Shown one piece after another: positions 29,228-38,610 of a DNA stretch of 64,000 nt. The translations under genes were made by a program, and so were the position numbers. This DNA is from an uncultured Bifidobacterium sp. GTDB lineage: Bacteria; Actinomycetota; Actinomycetes; Nanopelagicales; Nanopelagicaceae. The number at the start of each line of letters is the position of its first letter. The first letter of the stretch is position 1. The notes under the pieces were generated by a model. The model did no database searches and had not been told where the DNA came from. It saw nothing but the letters and a program-made list of their open reading frames with translations. The stretch covers positions 19,324 through 83,323 of the forward strand of contig CAYQLC010000001.1 in NCBI GenBank assembly GCA_964418325.1. Reading direction: 5' to 3'.

Positions 29228-29764
29228 CTAGCCTAGATCTAGGTCTGCCAGTGCATAAACCGAAACATAGGGAACATTTGCCTCTTTAATTTTTGGCCCC
29301 GCTCCACGATCGACAATTACTGCAACGCCAACAACAATTGCACCCGCCTCGCGAAGAGCCGCAACTGCGGCAAGGACCGAGTCGCCTGTCGTCGATGTAT
29401 CTTCGAGCGCAAGTACTTTTCTTCCCTTTACATCTGGCCCTTCAATTCTCCTTTGTAGACCATGGTTTTTTTCACTCTTGCGCACTACAAAGGCATCAAC
29501 CTTTTTCCCACGCTGATGTGCGACATGAAGCATTGCAGTGGCAATGGGGTCGGCTCCTATAGTCAATCCGCCAACAGCTTCATAATCAAGGTGTTTAGTA
29601 GCCTCGAGCATAACTTCACCGACTAATGGTGCAGCAACTGCATCAAGAGTCACTCGGCGTAAATCGACATAGTAATCAGCTTCTTTGCCGCTTGAAAGAA
29701 TGACTTTTCCGTGGACGACTGCCTTTGATTTGATCTCTTGTAATAAGGATTCTCGTGCGCTCAT
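29228..29764 (-). CDS. pyrE: Orotate phosphoribosyltransferase
   Basis: ..FKLSSGK-like ILSSGKEADYYVDLR.. and the PRPP loop VLALEDTSTTGDS. ATG 29764 (MSARESLL..) is chosen because the longest ORF would overlap hspR. Confidence 0.85.
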   Translation of the reverse strand: MSARESLLQEIKSKAVVHGKVILSSGKEADYYVDLRRVTLDAVAAPLVGEVMLEATKHLDYEAVGGLTIGADPIATAMLHVAHQRGKKVDAFVVRKSEKNHGLQRRIEGPDVKGRKVLALEDTSTTGDSVLAAVAALREAGAIVVGVAVIVDRGAGPKIKEANVPYVSVYALADLDLG

Positions 29765-29783
29765 AGTGCGCCATACTATTGAA

Positions 29784-30146
29784 CTATTTATTTTCTGGGC
29801 GATAGATAACGAGTGATTTTGGCGGATTTTCTGCCAAAAGAGCGTTAACTTCCTCTCGTAATCGAGCGACTTCGCCATCGAGGCGAGTAACTGTTGCCTC
29901 TAACTCCATAATCCGAGCAATTCCCGCGAGATTGATGCCATCATTTGTTAATTTGGCGATGGTACGTAGGAGCACGATGTCTCGCAGCGAATATCTGCGT
30001 CCGCGACCACTGCTTCGCCCCGGTGAGACAAGTCCTAATCGGTCGTATTGCCGAAGCGTCTGAGGATGCATACCCGCCAATTCAGCAGCTACTGAAATGA
30101 CATATACGGGAGTCTCATCACCAAGTTCTTTTCCTGGATTGCTCAT
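29784..30146 (-). CDS. hspR: Heat-shock transcriptional repressor HspR (MerR family)
   Basis: YVISVAAELAGMHPQTLRQYDRLGLVSPGR.. is a MerR HTH. It is the last gene of the dnaK-grpE-dnaJ-hspR operon and overlaps the dnaJ stop. Confidence 0.85.
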   Translation of the reverse strand: MSNPGKELGDETPVYVISVAAELAGMHPQTLRQYDRLGLVSPGRSSGRGRRYSLRDIVLLRTIAKLTNDGINLAGIARIMELEATVTRLDGEVARLREEVNALLAENPPKSLVIYRPENK

Positions 30147-31030
30147 GTTCGTGCTCGCTTACGCAAATCATCTCTAGGATCCGCACCTTTGGTCTCCTCT
30201 TGATAAGACTCAAGCGCCTTCTTCGCTTTCCCATCGACGCGCTGTGGCACGGTAACTTCGATTGTCACGAGCAAATCACCAGCGCCGCCATCTTTCCGCG
30301 TTATCCCACGACCTTTGATACGTAGGGTTTTTCCATTAGCAGTGCCTGCGGGTAGCCGCAGCGTTACCTCTTCTCCCGACAAAGTGGGAACTGGAACATC
30401 AGCCCCAAGCGCTGCTTCGGGAAATGTCACCGGAAGAGTAAGAAGTAGGTTCTCATCTTTTCGAGAAAACACCGAGTGTGGAGAGACATTGATGGTGATG
30501 TATAAATCTCCGGGACCTGCTTCACCTTGAGCACCTTTTCCACGTACACGAATTTTTGCGCCATCGTGGACGCCTGCCGGAATTTTGGTCGTCACTGGAC
30601 CCGATGGTGAATTGAACGTTAGCTGTGTTCCATTTATCGATTCACGGAATGTAATGGTTGCTTGAGCTTGCATATCTGCACCGCGACGTGGTCCACGCTG
30701 ACCACCAAAGAGGTTTCCGAAGATATCCCCCAAGTCACCGAATCCTCCAGCGGAGAAATTCCCTTGGAATCCTCCGTTCGGAATTCCCCCTTGTTGAAAG
30801 AGAGTGCGTGCTTGATCGTATTCAGCGCGCTTCTTATCATCGGAGAGAATGTCGTAGGCCTCAGAAACTGCCTTGAATCTCTCTTCTAGCGTCTTATCGC
30901 CCTTGGTCTTGTCAGGATGCAACTCACGCGCGAGTTTTCGATAGCGCTTTTTGATTGCGTCGCCATCAGCGCTCTTATCTACGCCAAGGATTGCGTAATA
31001 ATCCTTCTCGTATAAGTCCTTTGCGGCCAT
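30143..31030 (-). CDS. dnaJ: J-domain co-chaperone, DnaJ/CbpA-like, without a zinc-finger domain
   Basis: J domain DYYAILGV..HPDK, then a G/F region and C-terminal substrate-binding repeats. The 295-aa sequence contains no cysteine, so it has no CxxCxGxG repeats. Confidence 0.85.
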   Translation of the reverse strand: MAAKDLYEKDYYAILGVDKSADGDAIKKRYRKLARELHPDKTKGDKTLEERFKAVSEAYDILSDDKKRAEYDQARTLFQQGGIPNGGFQGNFSAGGFGDLGDIFGNLFGGQRGPRRGADMQAQATITFRESINGTQLTFNSPSGPVTTKIPAGVHDGAKIRVRGKGAQGEAGPGDLYITINVSPHSVFSRKDENLLLTLPVTFPEAALGADVPVPTLSGEEVTLRLPAGTANGKTLRIKGRGITRKDGGAGDLLVTIEVTVPQRVDGKAKKALESYQEETKGADPRDDLRKRART

Positions 31031-31038
31031 TTTTCTAC

Positions 31039-31554
31039 TTACTCCGGATCTGTTACTGCAACCCGTGCCGGGCGAAGCACTCGATCTTTTAATTTATAAC
31101 CTGGTTGCAAAATAGCAGTGGCAGTTGCCTCTGTTACATCGGCAGAGGTTAGATGCATCAGCGCCTCATGGATTTGTGGATCGAAAGGGGTCCCGACTTC
31201 GCCAAACTTAACTAAGCCAAGTTTCTCTACGATTCGCTCGACCTGCTCTGCAACAGCTTTGAATCCACCTTCTAACTCTCCATGTTCGCGCGCGCGATCA
31301 ACATCATCAAGGACAGGAAGTAGCTCGGTGAGTATCGCCGCAATTGCCAATTCGCTCGCCAGAGCTCGATCACGTTCCACCCGCTTACGATAATTTTGGT
31401 ACTCCGCTTGAACTCTTTGGAGATCATTTGTTAACGCTTGAACCGGATCGACCGATATTGGTTCGGTAACAGGGCTAGCGCCCCCAGAGGTTTCCGCAGA
31501 ATCCTCGTGTGGGGCGCTTTGCTCTGTGACTATTGAACTAGTCTCGTCGCTCAT
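31039..31554 (-). CDS. grpE: Nucleotide exchange factor GrpE
   Basis: ..[18 protein letters not shown].. ..FDPQIHEAL.. are typical of GrpE. ATGA overlap with dnaK. Confidence 0.9.
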   Translation of the reverse strand: MSDETSSIVTEQSAPHEDSAETSGGASPVTEPISVDPVQALTNDLQRVQAEYQNYRKRVERDRALASELAIAAILTELLPVLDDVDRAREHGELEGGFKAVAEQVERIVEKLGLVKFGEVGTPFDPQIHEALMHLTSADVTEATATAILQPGYKLKDRVLRPARVAVTDPE

Positions 31555-33374
31555 TTCTCTTCGACTATTTCTGCATCCTCAACGCCATCTTCGGCTGGCT
31601 TCGCCGATGCGCTCGTGGCGGCATTAGCCTCATAGAGCGCCGCACCTAGCGTTTGGCTAATAGTCGCTACCTTCTCGGTCGCGCTCTTAATTGCAGAGGT
31701 GTCAGTGCCATTGAGTGCGCTCTTGAGATCGGCGAGCGCGCTTTCGACTTCACTCTTCTTTGAAGCGAGGTCACCTTGGCTTAACTTCTCACTGTTATCT
31801 GCAATGAATTTTTCAGTCTGGTATACCAACGAATCTCCGTTATTTCGGATTTCGGCCTCTTCACGACGAGCCTTGTCCTCTTCAGCGTGTGATTCTGCCT
31901 CGCGCATCATGCGATCAATCTCATCCTTTGGCAGCGCAGATCCACCGGTGATGGTCATGCGTTGCTCTTTGCCAGTTCCGAGATCCTTCGCGGAGACATG
32001 GACGATTCCGTTGGCATCGATATCGAAGGTCACCTCAATTTGAGGTACGCCCCGAGGAGCTGGTGGAAGTCCAGTGAGTTCAAACATGCCTAGTTTCTTG
32101 TTATAGGCCGCCATCTCTCGCTCACCTTGGAAGACCTGAATCTGCACCGCTGGCTGATTGTCGTCGGCGGTAGTGAAAATCTCACTTCGCTTTGTTGGGA
32201 TCGTGGTGTTGCGCTCGATGAGTTTGGTCATGATTCCACCCTTAGTTTCGATACCAAGAGATAGTGGAGTCACATCAAGAAGGAGCACATCCTTCACTTC
32301 ACCCTTCAAGACACCGGCTTGTAGCGCAGCTCCCACAGCGACGACTTCGTCGGGATTTACACCCTTATTCGGCTCACGCCCTCCAGTGAGCTCTTTGACA
32401 AGATCAACTACTGCAGGCATACGAGTTGAACCACCGACGAGAACGACGTGATCAATCTTGTTGATGGGAATTCCAGCATCTTTAAGGACTGCTTGGAAAG
32501 GAACCTTGCATCGGGTAAGTAGGTCCGAGGTCATTTGTTGGAACTGTGCTCGCGTGATGGTTTCATCAAGGAAGAGCGGGTTCTTCTCGGCATCGACGGT
32601 GATGTACGGAAGATTGATGGATGTTTGTTGCGATGATGAGAGTTCAATCTTTGCTTTCTCAGCAGCCTCGCGAATCCGTTGCATCGCCATCTTATCTTTT
32701 GTTAGATCGATGCCATTCTTGCTCTTAAAGGTTGTGACAAGGTGATTAACAAGTTTTTCATCCCAGTCATCGCCACCAAGTTGGTTATCACCGTTAGTTG
32801 CCTTTACTTCAACGATGCCATCGCCAATTTCAAGGAGCGATACATCAAATGTTCCACCACCAAGATCGAAGACAAGAATTGTCTGTTCCTTATCTCCCTT
32901 ATCGAGACCATATGCAAGCGCTGCTGCGGTTGGTTCGTTGATGATTCGAAGAACGTTGAGCCCTGCAATTTCGCCAGCTTCTTTTGTTGCTTGTCGTTGT
33001 GCATCACTGAAGTAAGCAGGCACGGTAATCACTGCATCAGTAACGGTTTCGCCAAGATACGCTTCGGCATCACGCTTTAATTTTTGGAGCACACGCGCGC
33101 TGATCTCCTGCGCGGTATAGCCCTTTCCATCAATATCGATCTTCCAGGTGGTACCCATATGCCGCTTAACGGAGCGAATGGTTCGCTCGACGTTCGTTAC
33201 GGATTGACGCTTCGCCACCTCACCAACGAGGACCTCGCCATTCTTGGCGAAGGCGACGATAGAAGGAGTGGTGCGGGCGCCTTCAGCATTGGCGATGACG
33301 GTGGGCTCGCCACCTTCAAGGACGCTGACCACGCTATTGGTGGTTCCTAAATCGATACCTACTGCTCTAGCCAT
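31551..33374 (-). CDS. dnaK: Chaperone DnaK (Hsp70)
   Basis: [22 protein letters not shown].., [10 protein letters not shown] and the remaining Hsp70 motifs. ATG 33374 has GGGAGAG upstream. The 43 extra codons of the longest ORF are not Hsp70-like. Confidence 0.95.
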   Translation of the reverse strand: MARAVGIDLGTTNSVVSVLEGGEPTVIANAEGARTTPSIVAFAKNGEVLVGEVAKRQSVTNVERTIRSVKRHMGTTWKIDIDGKGYTAQEISARVLQKLKRDAEAYLGETVTDAVITVPAYFSDAQRQATKEAGEIAGLNVLRIINEPTAAALAYGLDKGDKEQTILVFDLGGGTFDVSLLEIGDGIVEVKATNGDNQLGGDDWDEKLVNHLVTTFKSKNGIDLTKDKMAMQRIREAAEKAKIELSSSQQTSINLPYITVDAEKNPLFLDETITRAQFQQMTSDLLTRCKVPFQAVLKDAGIPINKIDHVVLVGGSTRMPAVVDLVKELTGGREPNKGVNPDEVVAVGAALQAGVLKGEVKDVLLLDVTPLSLGIETKGGIMTKLIERNTTIPTKRSEIFTTADDNQPAVQIQVFQGEREMAAYNKKLGMFELTGLPPAPRGVPQIEVTFDIDANGIVHVSAKDLGTGKEQRMTITGGSALPKDEIDRMMREAESHAEEDKARREEAEIRNNGDSLVYQTEKFIADNSEKLSQGDLASKKSEVESALADLKSALNGTDTSAIKSATEKVATISQTLGAALYEANAATSASAKPAEDGVEDAEIVEEK

Positions 33375-33434
33375 ATCTGTTCTCTCCCTAGTTACTTCAC
33401 GTTGCTGAGGCGGGGGCGGTAGGTTATCAAATAA

Positions 33435-33455
33435 CCTGAGCCGCTTCGACTCAAC
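33435..33455 (-). promoter_or_regulatory. HAIR-like inverted repeat (candidate HspR operator) upstream of dnaK
   Basis: The minus strand reads gTTGAGT-cgaagcg-gCTCAgG, against the Streptomyces HAIR consensus CTTGAGT-N7-ACTCAAG (3 mismatches). It lies 61-81 nt upstream of the dnaK ATG and overlaps the perfect inverted repeat aggttat-caa-ataacct at 33421-33437. Confidence 0.45.
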
Positions 33456-33538
33456 TTTTCCTATGAGGGAGAACGCAAGGCAAGTGCCGGTTATTCCCGG
33501 CATAGGCGAAGCGGTTCAGTCCTGGGGCGGGTAGAGCT

Positions 33539-35281
33539 CTACCCCTTCCGGTAACCGGCAGGGCACCGAGGGGGTGCCCCAGTTACCTTCCTTTTCACCT
33601 TGCCCTTGCTGCAGGTGATCGAAATGGTTTTCGCAACTGGTTTTGAAGCGGGAGCCGCTGCTGTAGCTGATTGCTTAGGTGCTGGAGTTTGCACTTGCTC
33701 AGTCGGGCTATTTTGCGTCAACTTCAACATCAGTTTAGGTGTGGAGAATTCAAAATTCTTAGCTGAGAAATTCATCCAACCATTTTCTTCTTTAAAGGTT
33801 GTGCTGGCGATCTTTTGTTCAGTACCAGAACTAAGAATGCTTATCGTTGCTTGAACAGGTGCGCTGGTGAATCCATAAATACACCGCGCTACATCACTTC
33901 GAATCGCTAGATCGTAAGAGCCCTTGAATGGAGTAACTCCATCTTTTTCAAAATGTGGAGCAGCAACTTGATACTCCAAAGTACCAGTTGCCGAATCAAA
34001 CCTCGGTGGGCCAGATGAATACGCCGTTGCATTTGTCGTGACTAAGCCTGCAAAGTTCTCGTCAAGATTCAAACATTTGGTGGGGAATTTTGCGGAATTT
34101 AAATCACTTACTGAAATAGTTCGAATCGACCATGCAGTTGGAAGCGCTTGTGCTTTATCAGGCAAGTATTCAAGCCAATCTTTTAAAGCGGCAAGTGAAC
34201 GATCGCCTTGGGTAGGGCTTAAATCATCAAGTGTTGTAACTCCCTTGGTTCCGCTTTTTAGATCGCTTTCAACAGCATTTGGATACCGCTTTTGGAGCGC
34301 TGGAGTTAATTGACTAAATCTGGCAGATCCACTTACCGCTGGAATTCTCGTTGGTTTCGCTTCAATTGAAAGGGAGTAAATTTTTCCATTCAGTTTTGCA
34401 CTAACTACTGGAGAATCTAATCTTCCGTGACTCCATTTAATCGGGAATACAGTCGATTGCATCTCAACACCAAATCGAATATCAGTTGGAAGAGTGAATT
34501 GAACTCCACAAACACCGACGCCCATAACAGCACAGTCAGTTGTTACAGGAGTGTCCCAGTTGTAACCGTATCCAGCACCATTCGCACCGCTTGAATATCC
34601 ACGGAAAAGGATTTGCTTACTAGCATTTTCTCTAAGCGATACTGCAAAAACTGCACCCTCAAAGTCATAAGCACCAGCCCCCAAGTAACCGGTGAGTGAA
34701 GAACGGAGTGCAAATAGCGAACCGCCATTATGTTTAATCGCCACTGCTCCAGATTCATCACGAAATTCAAATATTGAATCACCAGCTGTTCGAGGCAAAC
34801 CATAAATAGGTTCACTCATAGAACGAACTGGAGAACCTGGATCTAACTCCTTTATAAATGTCGCTTCAATCCTTTTACCATCAGGCAAAATTGCCCAGAA
34901 AGATTTCAAACAAATAAGTGGATCTTTGAGGCTGCAGTACGGGTATTTTGCAGTGATAAATCGTGATGGAAAAGCCGCACACTCAGGATCTCTAAGTGAC
35001 TTGCACAATTTTGCGTAAGGATTCTGCTCATTGAATATTTCACCAGTCTTAGGACTTTTCGTGCCGATAAGTGCTGGAGAGTAAAAACTTGCAGGCTTAA
35101 AATATGTGCTTTGCGAATCAGTAATTATCACTTTAACGAGAGGATCCCCGGGGATTCTTCCTGCATTACTTCCGGTTTCGATTTGAATTTGTTCATCAGG
35201 CAACACCGCAGAATGCGCGCTCGTACCTACTGTGAGAATCAGCAGTAGAGCCAGAGGGTAAAAAAGACGCTTATTTTTCAT
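33539..35281 (-). CDS. Secreted protein (580 aa), unknown family, with a basic Cys-pair C-terminal tail
   Basis: Signal peptide MKNKRLFYPLALLLILTVGTSAHSA from ATG 35281 (11-nt overlap with the upstream Fe-S protein gene). The protein ends with a Pro/Ala-rich linker followed by ..KTISITCSKGKVKRKVTGAPPRCPAGYRKG*. Confidence 0.65.
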   Translation of the reverse strand: MKNKRLFYPLALLLILTVGTSAHSAVLPDEQIQIETGSNAGRIPGDPLVKVIITDSQSTYFKPASFYSPALIGTKSPKTGEIFNEQNPYAKLCKSLRDPECAAFPSRFITAKYPYCSLKDPLICLKSFWAILPDGKRIEATFIKELDPGSPVRSMSEPIYGLPRTAGDSIFEFRDESGAVAIKHNGGSLFALRSSLTGYLGAGAYDFEGAVFAVSLRENASKQILFRGYSSGANGAGYGYNWDTPVTTDCAVMGVGVCGVQFTLPTDIRFGVEMQSTVFPIKWSHGRLDSPVVSAKLNGKIYSLSIEAKPTRIPAVSGSARFSQLTPALQKRYPNAVESDLKSGTKGVTTLDDLSPTQGDRSLAALKDWLEYLPDKAQALPTAWSIRTISVSDLNSAKFPTKCLNLDENFAGLVTTNATAYSSGPPRFDSATGTLEYQVAAPHFEKDGVTPFKGSYDLAIRSDVARCIYGFTSAPVQATISILSSGTEQKIASTTFKEENGWMNFSAKNFEFSTPKLMLKLTQNSPTEQVQTPAPKQSATAAAPASKPVAKTISITCSKGKVKRKVTGAPPRCPAGYRKG

Positions 35282-37325
35282 CTGACAAAATCTTGAGTAA
35301 ACGTTGGGCGACATCGAGGACCTCAACGTCAGATTGGCGACCGGTCATGCCATCACTCACCATAACCCGGCAGAACGGACAAGCAACCGCGACCTGATCT
35401 GCTCCAGTAGCAATCGCCTCGTCGACTCGGTTGAGATTGATGCGAGAGCCGAGCTTCTCTTCCATCCACATTCGTCCACCGCCAGCGCCACAGCAGAAGG
35501 ATCGATCCTTATTTCTGGGCATCTCGATGAATTGGGCACCGGTTGCCTCGAGTAGCTCTCGTGGCGGTTGATAGATCTCATTATGTCGGCCGAGGTAACA
35601 CGGATCGTGATAGGTAATGCTCTCACTTTTAGCTGAAGCGCTGGGAACGGGTTTCAATTTACCCTCGCGCACCAATTGATTAAGTAGTTGAGTGTGATGA
35701 ACCATCTCTAACTCAAAACCACTTTGAGCGTAGTCACGGCCAATCGTGGTGAAGCAATGTGGGCATGTGACAACCACTTTCTTCACACCGCGGGTGCCAA
35801 AAGTTTCTTGAAGCGTCTCGATATTCTCTCGAGAAAGTATTTGATATAGGAATTCATTTCCCGCACGACGAGCTGGATCTCCAGTGCAGGTCTCACGCTT
35901 TCCCAAAACAGCAAAGCTCACCCCTGCGCGATAAAGGAGTTCAGCGACAGCTTTTGTAGTTTTCTTTGCACGCTCTTCATAGGCGCCCGCACATCCAACC
36001 CAAAAGAGGTACTCAACATCTTCCGGTATCTCACCCTCAAGAACTTGAATAGGAAAATCACATTCTGCAATCCATGCATTTCTATCGTTGCGATTTGCAC
36101 CCCAAGGATTTCCTGCCTTTTCAAGATTCTTAAAAGTGTTGCCAAGTTCGGTGGGAAACTCAGATTCAATAAGAACTTGGAAGCGACGCATATTAATAAT
36201 GTGATCAGTATGTTCGATATCAACTGGACATTCGTTAACGCATGCGCCACAGGTCGTACATGACCAGAGCACATCTGGAGTGATGGGCCCATCTAGCGCG
36301 ACGATGGGAGCATCGCTACCTACTTTGGTAAGAGCATGGTCGCGCATTGCCATAATCAAAAGCTTGGGAGACAAGGGTTTTTCGGTATGCCACGCCGGAC
36401 ATTGTGATTGGCACCTGCCGCACTCGGTGCAGCTGGCCATATCAAGAAGGCCCTTCCATGTAATGTCAGCAGACTTTCCAATTCCAAAAACATCATCGTC
36501 TTTAGGATCTTCAAAGTCGATTGGCTTGCCATGTGAAAGCATCTCCGGGACGGGGCCCAACGAGTTACGACCATCGGCATAACGCTTGAAATAAATATTA
36601 AAGAAAGCCAAAAATCGATGCCAGGCCACACCCATGGTGAGATTAAGCGCGATAACAACAAACCAAGTCATCGATACAAGAATTTTTAGCAATGCAACGA
36701 TTGCTATCTGATTCTCAATAGCGCTGATTGACTGTCCGTTGAATACTTCTACAACAAAGCTAGTAAATGGATACTTTGCGTTCCAACCGGTAACACCCTC
36801 GAGCGCCCCTTCTAGACCGCGAAGCGCAATGACACAAAAGACGATTGCCAGAATTGTGCCTTCAACGTAGTAAGCCTTCCAACTCCCCGAACCATAAAAC
36901 CGCGACTTACGTCCACGATTTTTAATTCGAGTAACTTGTCTAATTCCAATTAACGCAACTATGCCAATTCCGGTGAGCCACGCGATTGCCTCAACTATCC
37001 AGAGATATGGCGTGAAGTGTCCAATACCTGGAATAAAGAAGTGTGGATCAATGACCTGACCAAATGCGGTAATCAATGTTCCAAGGAGCGCGCCAAAACC
37101 GACCATGACAAACCAGTGAGCGATTCCCGTTCCGGTAAATCGGGTCATCTTGGTATGTCCAAGCACTTCTTTTAGAAGAGTCGCCCAACGCGCACCAGCA
37201 TTATCTGATCGAGTGGGATCTGGTTGGCCTTTCTTGAATATTGCGATTAATTCTCGAATTTTTACAGCGAGAATTACTATGGCAATAATCGAATAAAGAT
37301 AGGCAATTACCGCTAGGGCGCTCAT
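35271..37325 (-). CDS. Membrane-anchored (Fe-S)-binding oxidoreductase, HdrD/GlpC-like (two 4Fe-4S motifs plus CCG domains)
   Basis: N-terminal TM bundle of about 240 aa; CTECGRCQSQCP and CTTCGACVNECP ferredoxin motifs; Cys-rich CCG-type repeats (..VGCAG.., ..SFCCGAGGG..). It resembles the mycobacterial iron-sulfur-binding reductase found near dnaK (from memory). Confidence 0.75.
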   Translation of the reverse strand: MSALAVIAYLYSIIAIVILAVKIRELIAIFKKGQPDPTRSDNAGARWATLLKEVLGHTKMTRFTGTGIAHWFVMVGFGALLGTLITAFGQVIDPHFFIPGIGHFTPYLWIVEAIAWLTGIGIVALIGIRQVTRIKNRGRKSRFYGSGSWKAYYVEGTILAIVFCVIALRGLEGALEGVTGWNAKYPFTSFVVEVFNGQSISAIENQIAIVALLKILVSMTWFVVIALNLTMGVAWHRFLAFFNIYFKRYADGRNSLGPVPEMLSHGKPIDFEDPKDDDVFGIGKSADITWKGLLDMASCTECGRCQSQCPAWHTEKPLSPKLLIMAMRDHALTKVGSDAPIVALDGPITPDVLWSCTTCGACVNECPVDIEHTDHIINMRRFQVLIESEFPTELGNTFKNLEKAGNPWGANRNDRNAWIAECDFPIQVLEGEIPEDVEYLFWVGCAGAYEERAKKTTKAVAELLYRAGVSFAVLGKRETCTGDPARRAGNEFLYQILSRENIETLQETFGTRGVKKVVVTCPHCFTTIGRDYAQSGFELEMVHHTQLLNQLVREGKLKPVPSASAKSESITYHDPCYLGRHNEIYQPPRELLEATGAQFIEMPRNKDRSFCCGAGGGRMWMEEKLGSRINLNRVDEAIATGADQVAVACPFCRVMVSDGMTGRQSDVEVLDVAQRLLKILSDEK

Positions 37326-37351
37326 GATGGCAAGAATACTAGAGAGCTAAT

Positions 37352-38065
37352 TTATTGGTTCTCTGGGGCGAACCACGTCTTCCAAATAGATAATCCCACC
37401 ACGTAAAGCGGCGCAATCACCAATATTGGCTCTAACCAGCTTGGCCCATCAGGATATTGGGCCGAAAGCCAGGTTAATGCTGCAAAATAGACGACAGCAA
37501 TCGAGAGTGTTAAAGGCCGCAACTTACTTACCCGGACAATGTGCGGGAATTGGACCTTTGAGAGTGAGAGTCCACACAAGAAGATGATGACCAACTGCTT
37601 TGCGGCCGTACTTGCATCGAGAATTAATAGTGTGGGAACAACAATATTCCACGCTGCTGGAAAACCATTGAACCAGTGATCATCAGTCTCTTGGTCGGTT
37701 CTCGCAAACCACAATGCGCCGGTAAAAATAATCAACGCTGCAAACCAAAACTCTTGTCCTTTTGGCAACATATTTAATTCGATGAGTAGCGCTACTGGTA
37801 CAACTACACAGGTCACATAATCAACAACCAGGTCGAGAATATGTCCATTAATTTGTGGGGCATGAGTAGTGATATCGAGTCGACGCGCAAGTGGTCCATC
37901 AAAGCCATCGATAAGTTGGCAAACGATAAGCCAAATGAGACCAGCCCTAATGTGACCATTCATCACCGCACCTAGCGCAAGCAAGCCAGCTATCGCGCCA
38001 CTTGCGGTAAAAGCGTGGAGGAGGAAACCCTTCTGCGCTTGGGTAAGTAGCAGCCTACGCGCCAC
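37352..38065 (-). CDS. pcs: CDP-alcohol phosphatidyltransferase family protein, phosphatidylcholine synthase (Pcs)-like
   Basis: DGFDGPLARRLDITTHAPQINGHILDLVVD has DG-x2-AR-x12-G-x3-D-x3-D spacing. HAFTASGAIAG.., ..WFNGFPAAWNIVVPTLLI.., ..FPHIVRVSKLRPLTL.. parallel Sinorhizobium Pcs as I recall it (HILTASGSF.., DGIDGPIARKVQVKEVLPNWSGDTLDNVID, FFSGFPVVWNMVVFTLFV, FLHPVRVKRLRPLNL). Confidence 0.65.
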   Translation of the reverse strand: MARRLLLTQAQKGFLLHAFTASGAIAGLLALGAVMNGHIRAGLIWLIVCQLIDGFDGPLARRLDITTHAPQINGHILDLVVDYVTCVVVPVALLIELNMLPKGQEFWFAALIIFTGALWFARTDQETDDHWFNGFPAAWNIVVPTLLILDASTAAKQLVIIFLCGLSLSKVQFPHIVRVSKLRPLTLSIAVVYFAALTWLSAQYPDGPSWLEPILVIAPLYVVGLSIWKTWFAPENQ

Positions 38066-38122
38066 GGCGACTCCTCACTTTTCTGCTGTTTCGAGCAGGA
38101 GTGTGAACGATACGCTCTCCGG

Positions 38123-38527
38123 GTGTCGCTATCTACCACCGAGAAAGAACGACTCTGGATTCTGCTTGTCGTAATTTATGGGGTCGGAAAATCGATTGTT
38201 GTATGGCACACGTTGGGCAAATATGGTGTCAATGCTCTTCTCTATTTCATCTTCGATATTGGAGCTGCTATTCCATATGGGATCGCGACTGCTCGCGTGG
38301 TGATCTACGGTCTGGTTCGTGATTGGCCACGGGTGCGAATCTGGGGCGCCATCGCCCTAGTTACCCACTTCATCCCTGACATCTATATATTCGCCGTTCT
38401 CAATGAACCGCCACCTTTGCTCGTTGATGGACTGGTCTTTGTTCTCGTCTTATTCACCGTTGTGGCGATAATCGGCGTAGTCCGCCAGGTGCAGGGGCGG
38501 CGGGAAGCCAATCCTAAGGTCGATTGA
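38123..38527 (+). CDS. Small integral membrane protein (134 aa, about 4 TM segments)
   Basis: GTG start. Hydrophobic segments WILLVVIYGV.., ALLYFIFDIGAAIPYGIA.., IWGAIALVTHFIPDIYIFAVL.., GLVFVLVLFTVVAIIGVV. No family recognised. Confidence 0.5.
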   Translation: MSLSTTEKERLWILLVVIYGVGKSIVVWHTLGKYGVNALLYFIFDIGAAIPYGIATARVVIYGLVRDWPRVRIWGAIALVTHFIPDIYIFAVLNEPPPLLVDGLVFVLVLFTVVAIIGVVRQVQGRREANPKVD

Positions 38528-38610
38528 GGCTCATTCTCAGTTTATTCTCAGGCTAATCTCCCACTATTGGGAGCAGGCAAATAGTGCGACCAAATCTGAG
38601 GTGAAGGCTA

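Noticed and set aside
29232-29243. 12-bp perfect palindrome cctagatctagg between the convergent dedA-like and pyrE genes
   Set aside because: It lies within the last pyrE codons (..LADLDLG*). It has no loop and no U-tract, so it is probably coding coincidence. I did not call it as a terminator.
33529-33544. 16-bp palindrome gggtagagctctaccc overlapping the stop codon of the 580-aa secreted protein gene
   Set aside because: It would give only a stem of about 6 bp with a 4-nt loop and has no U-tract. That is insufficient to call a terminator or operator.
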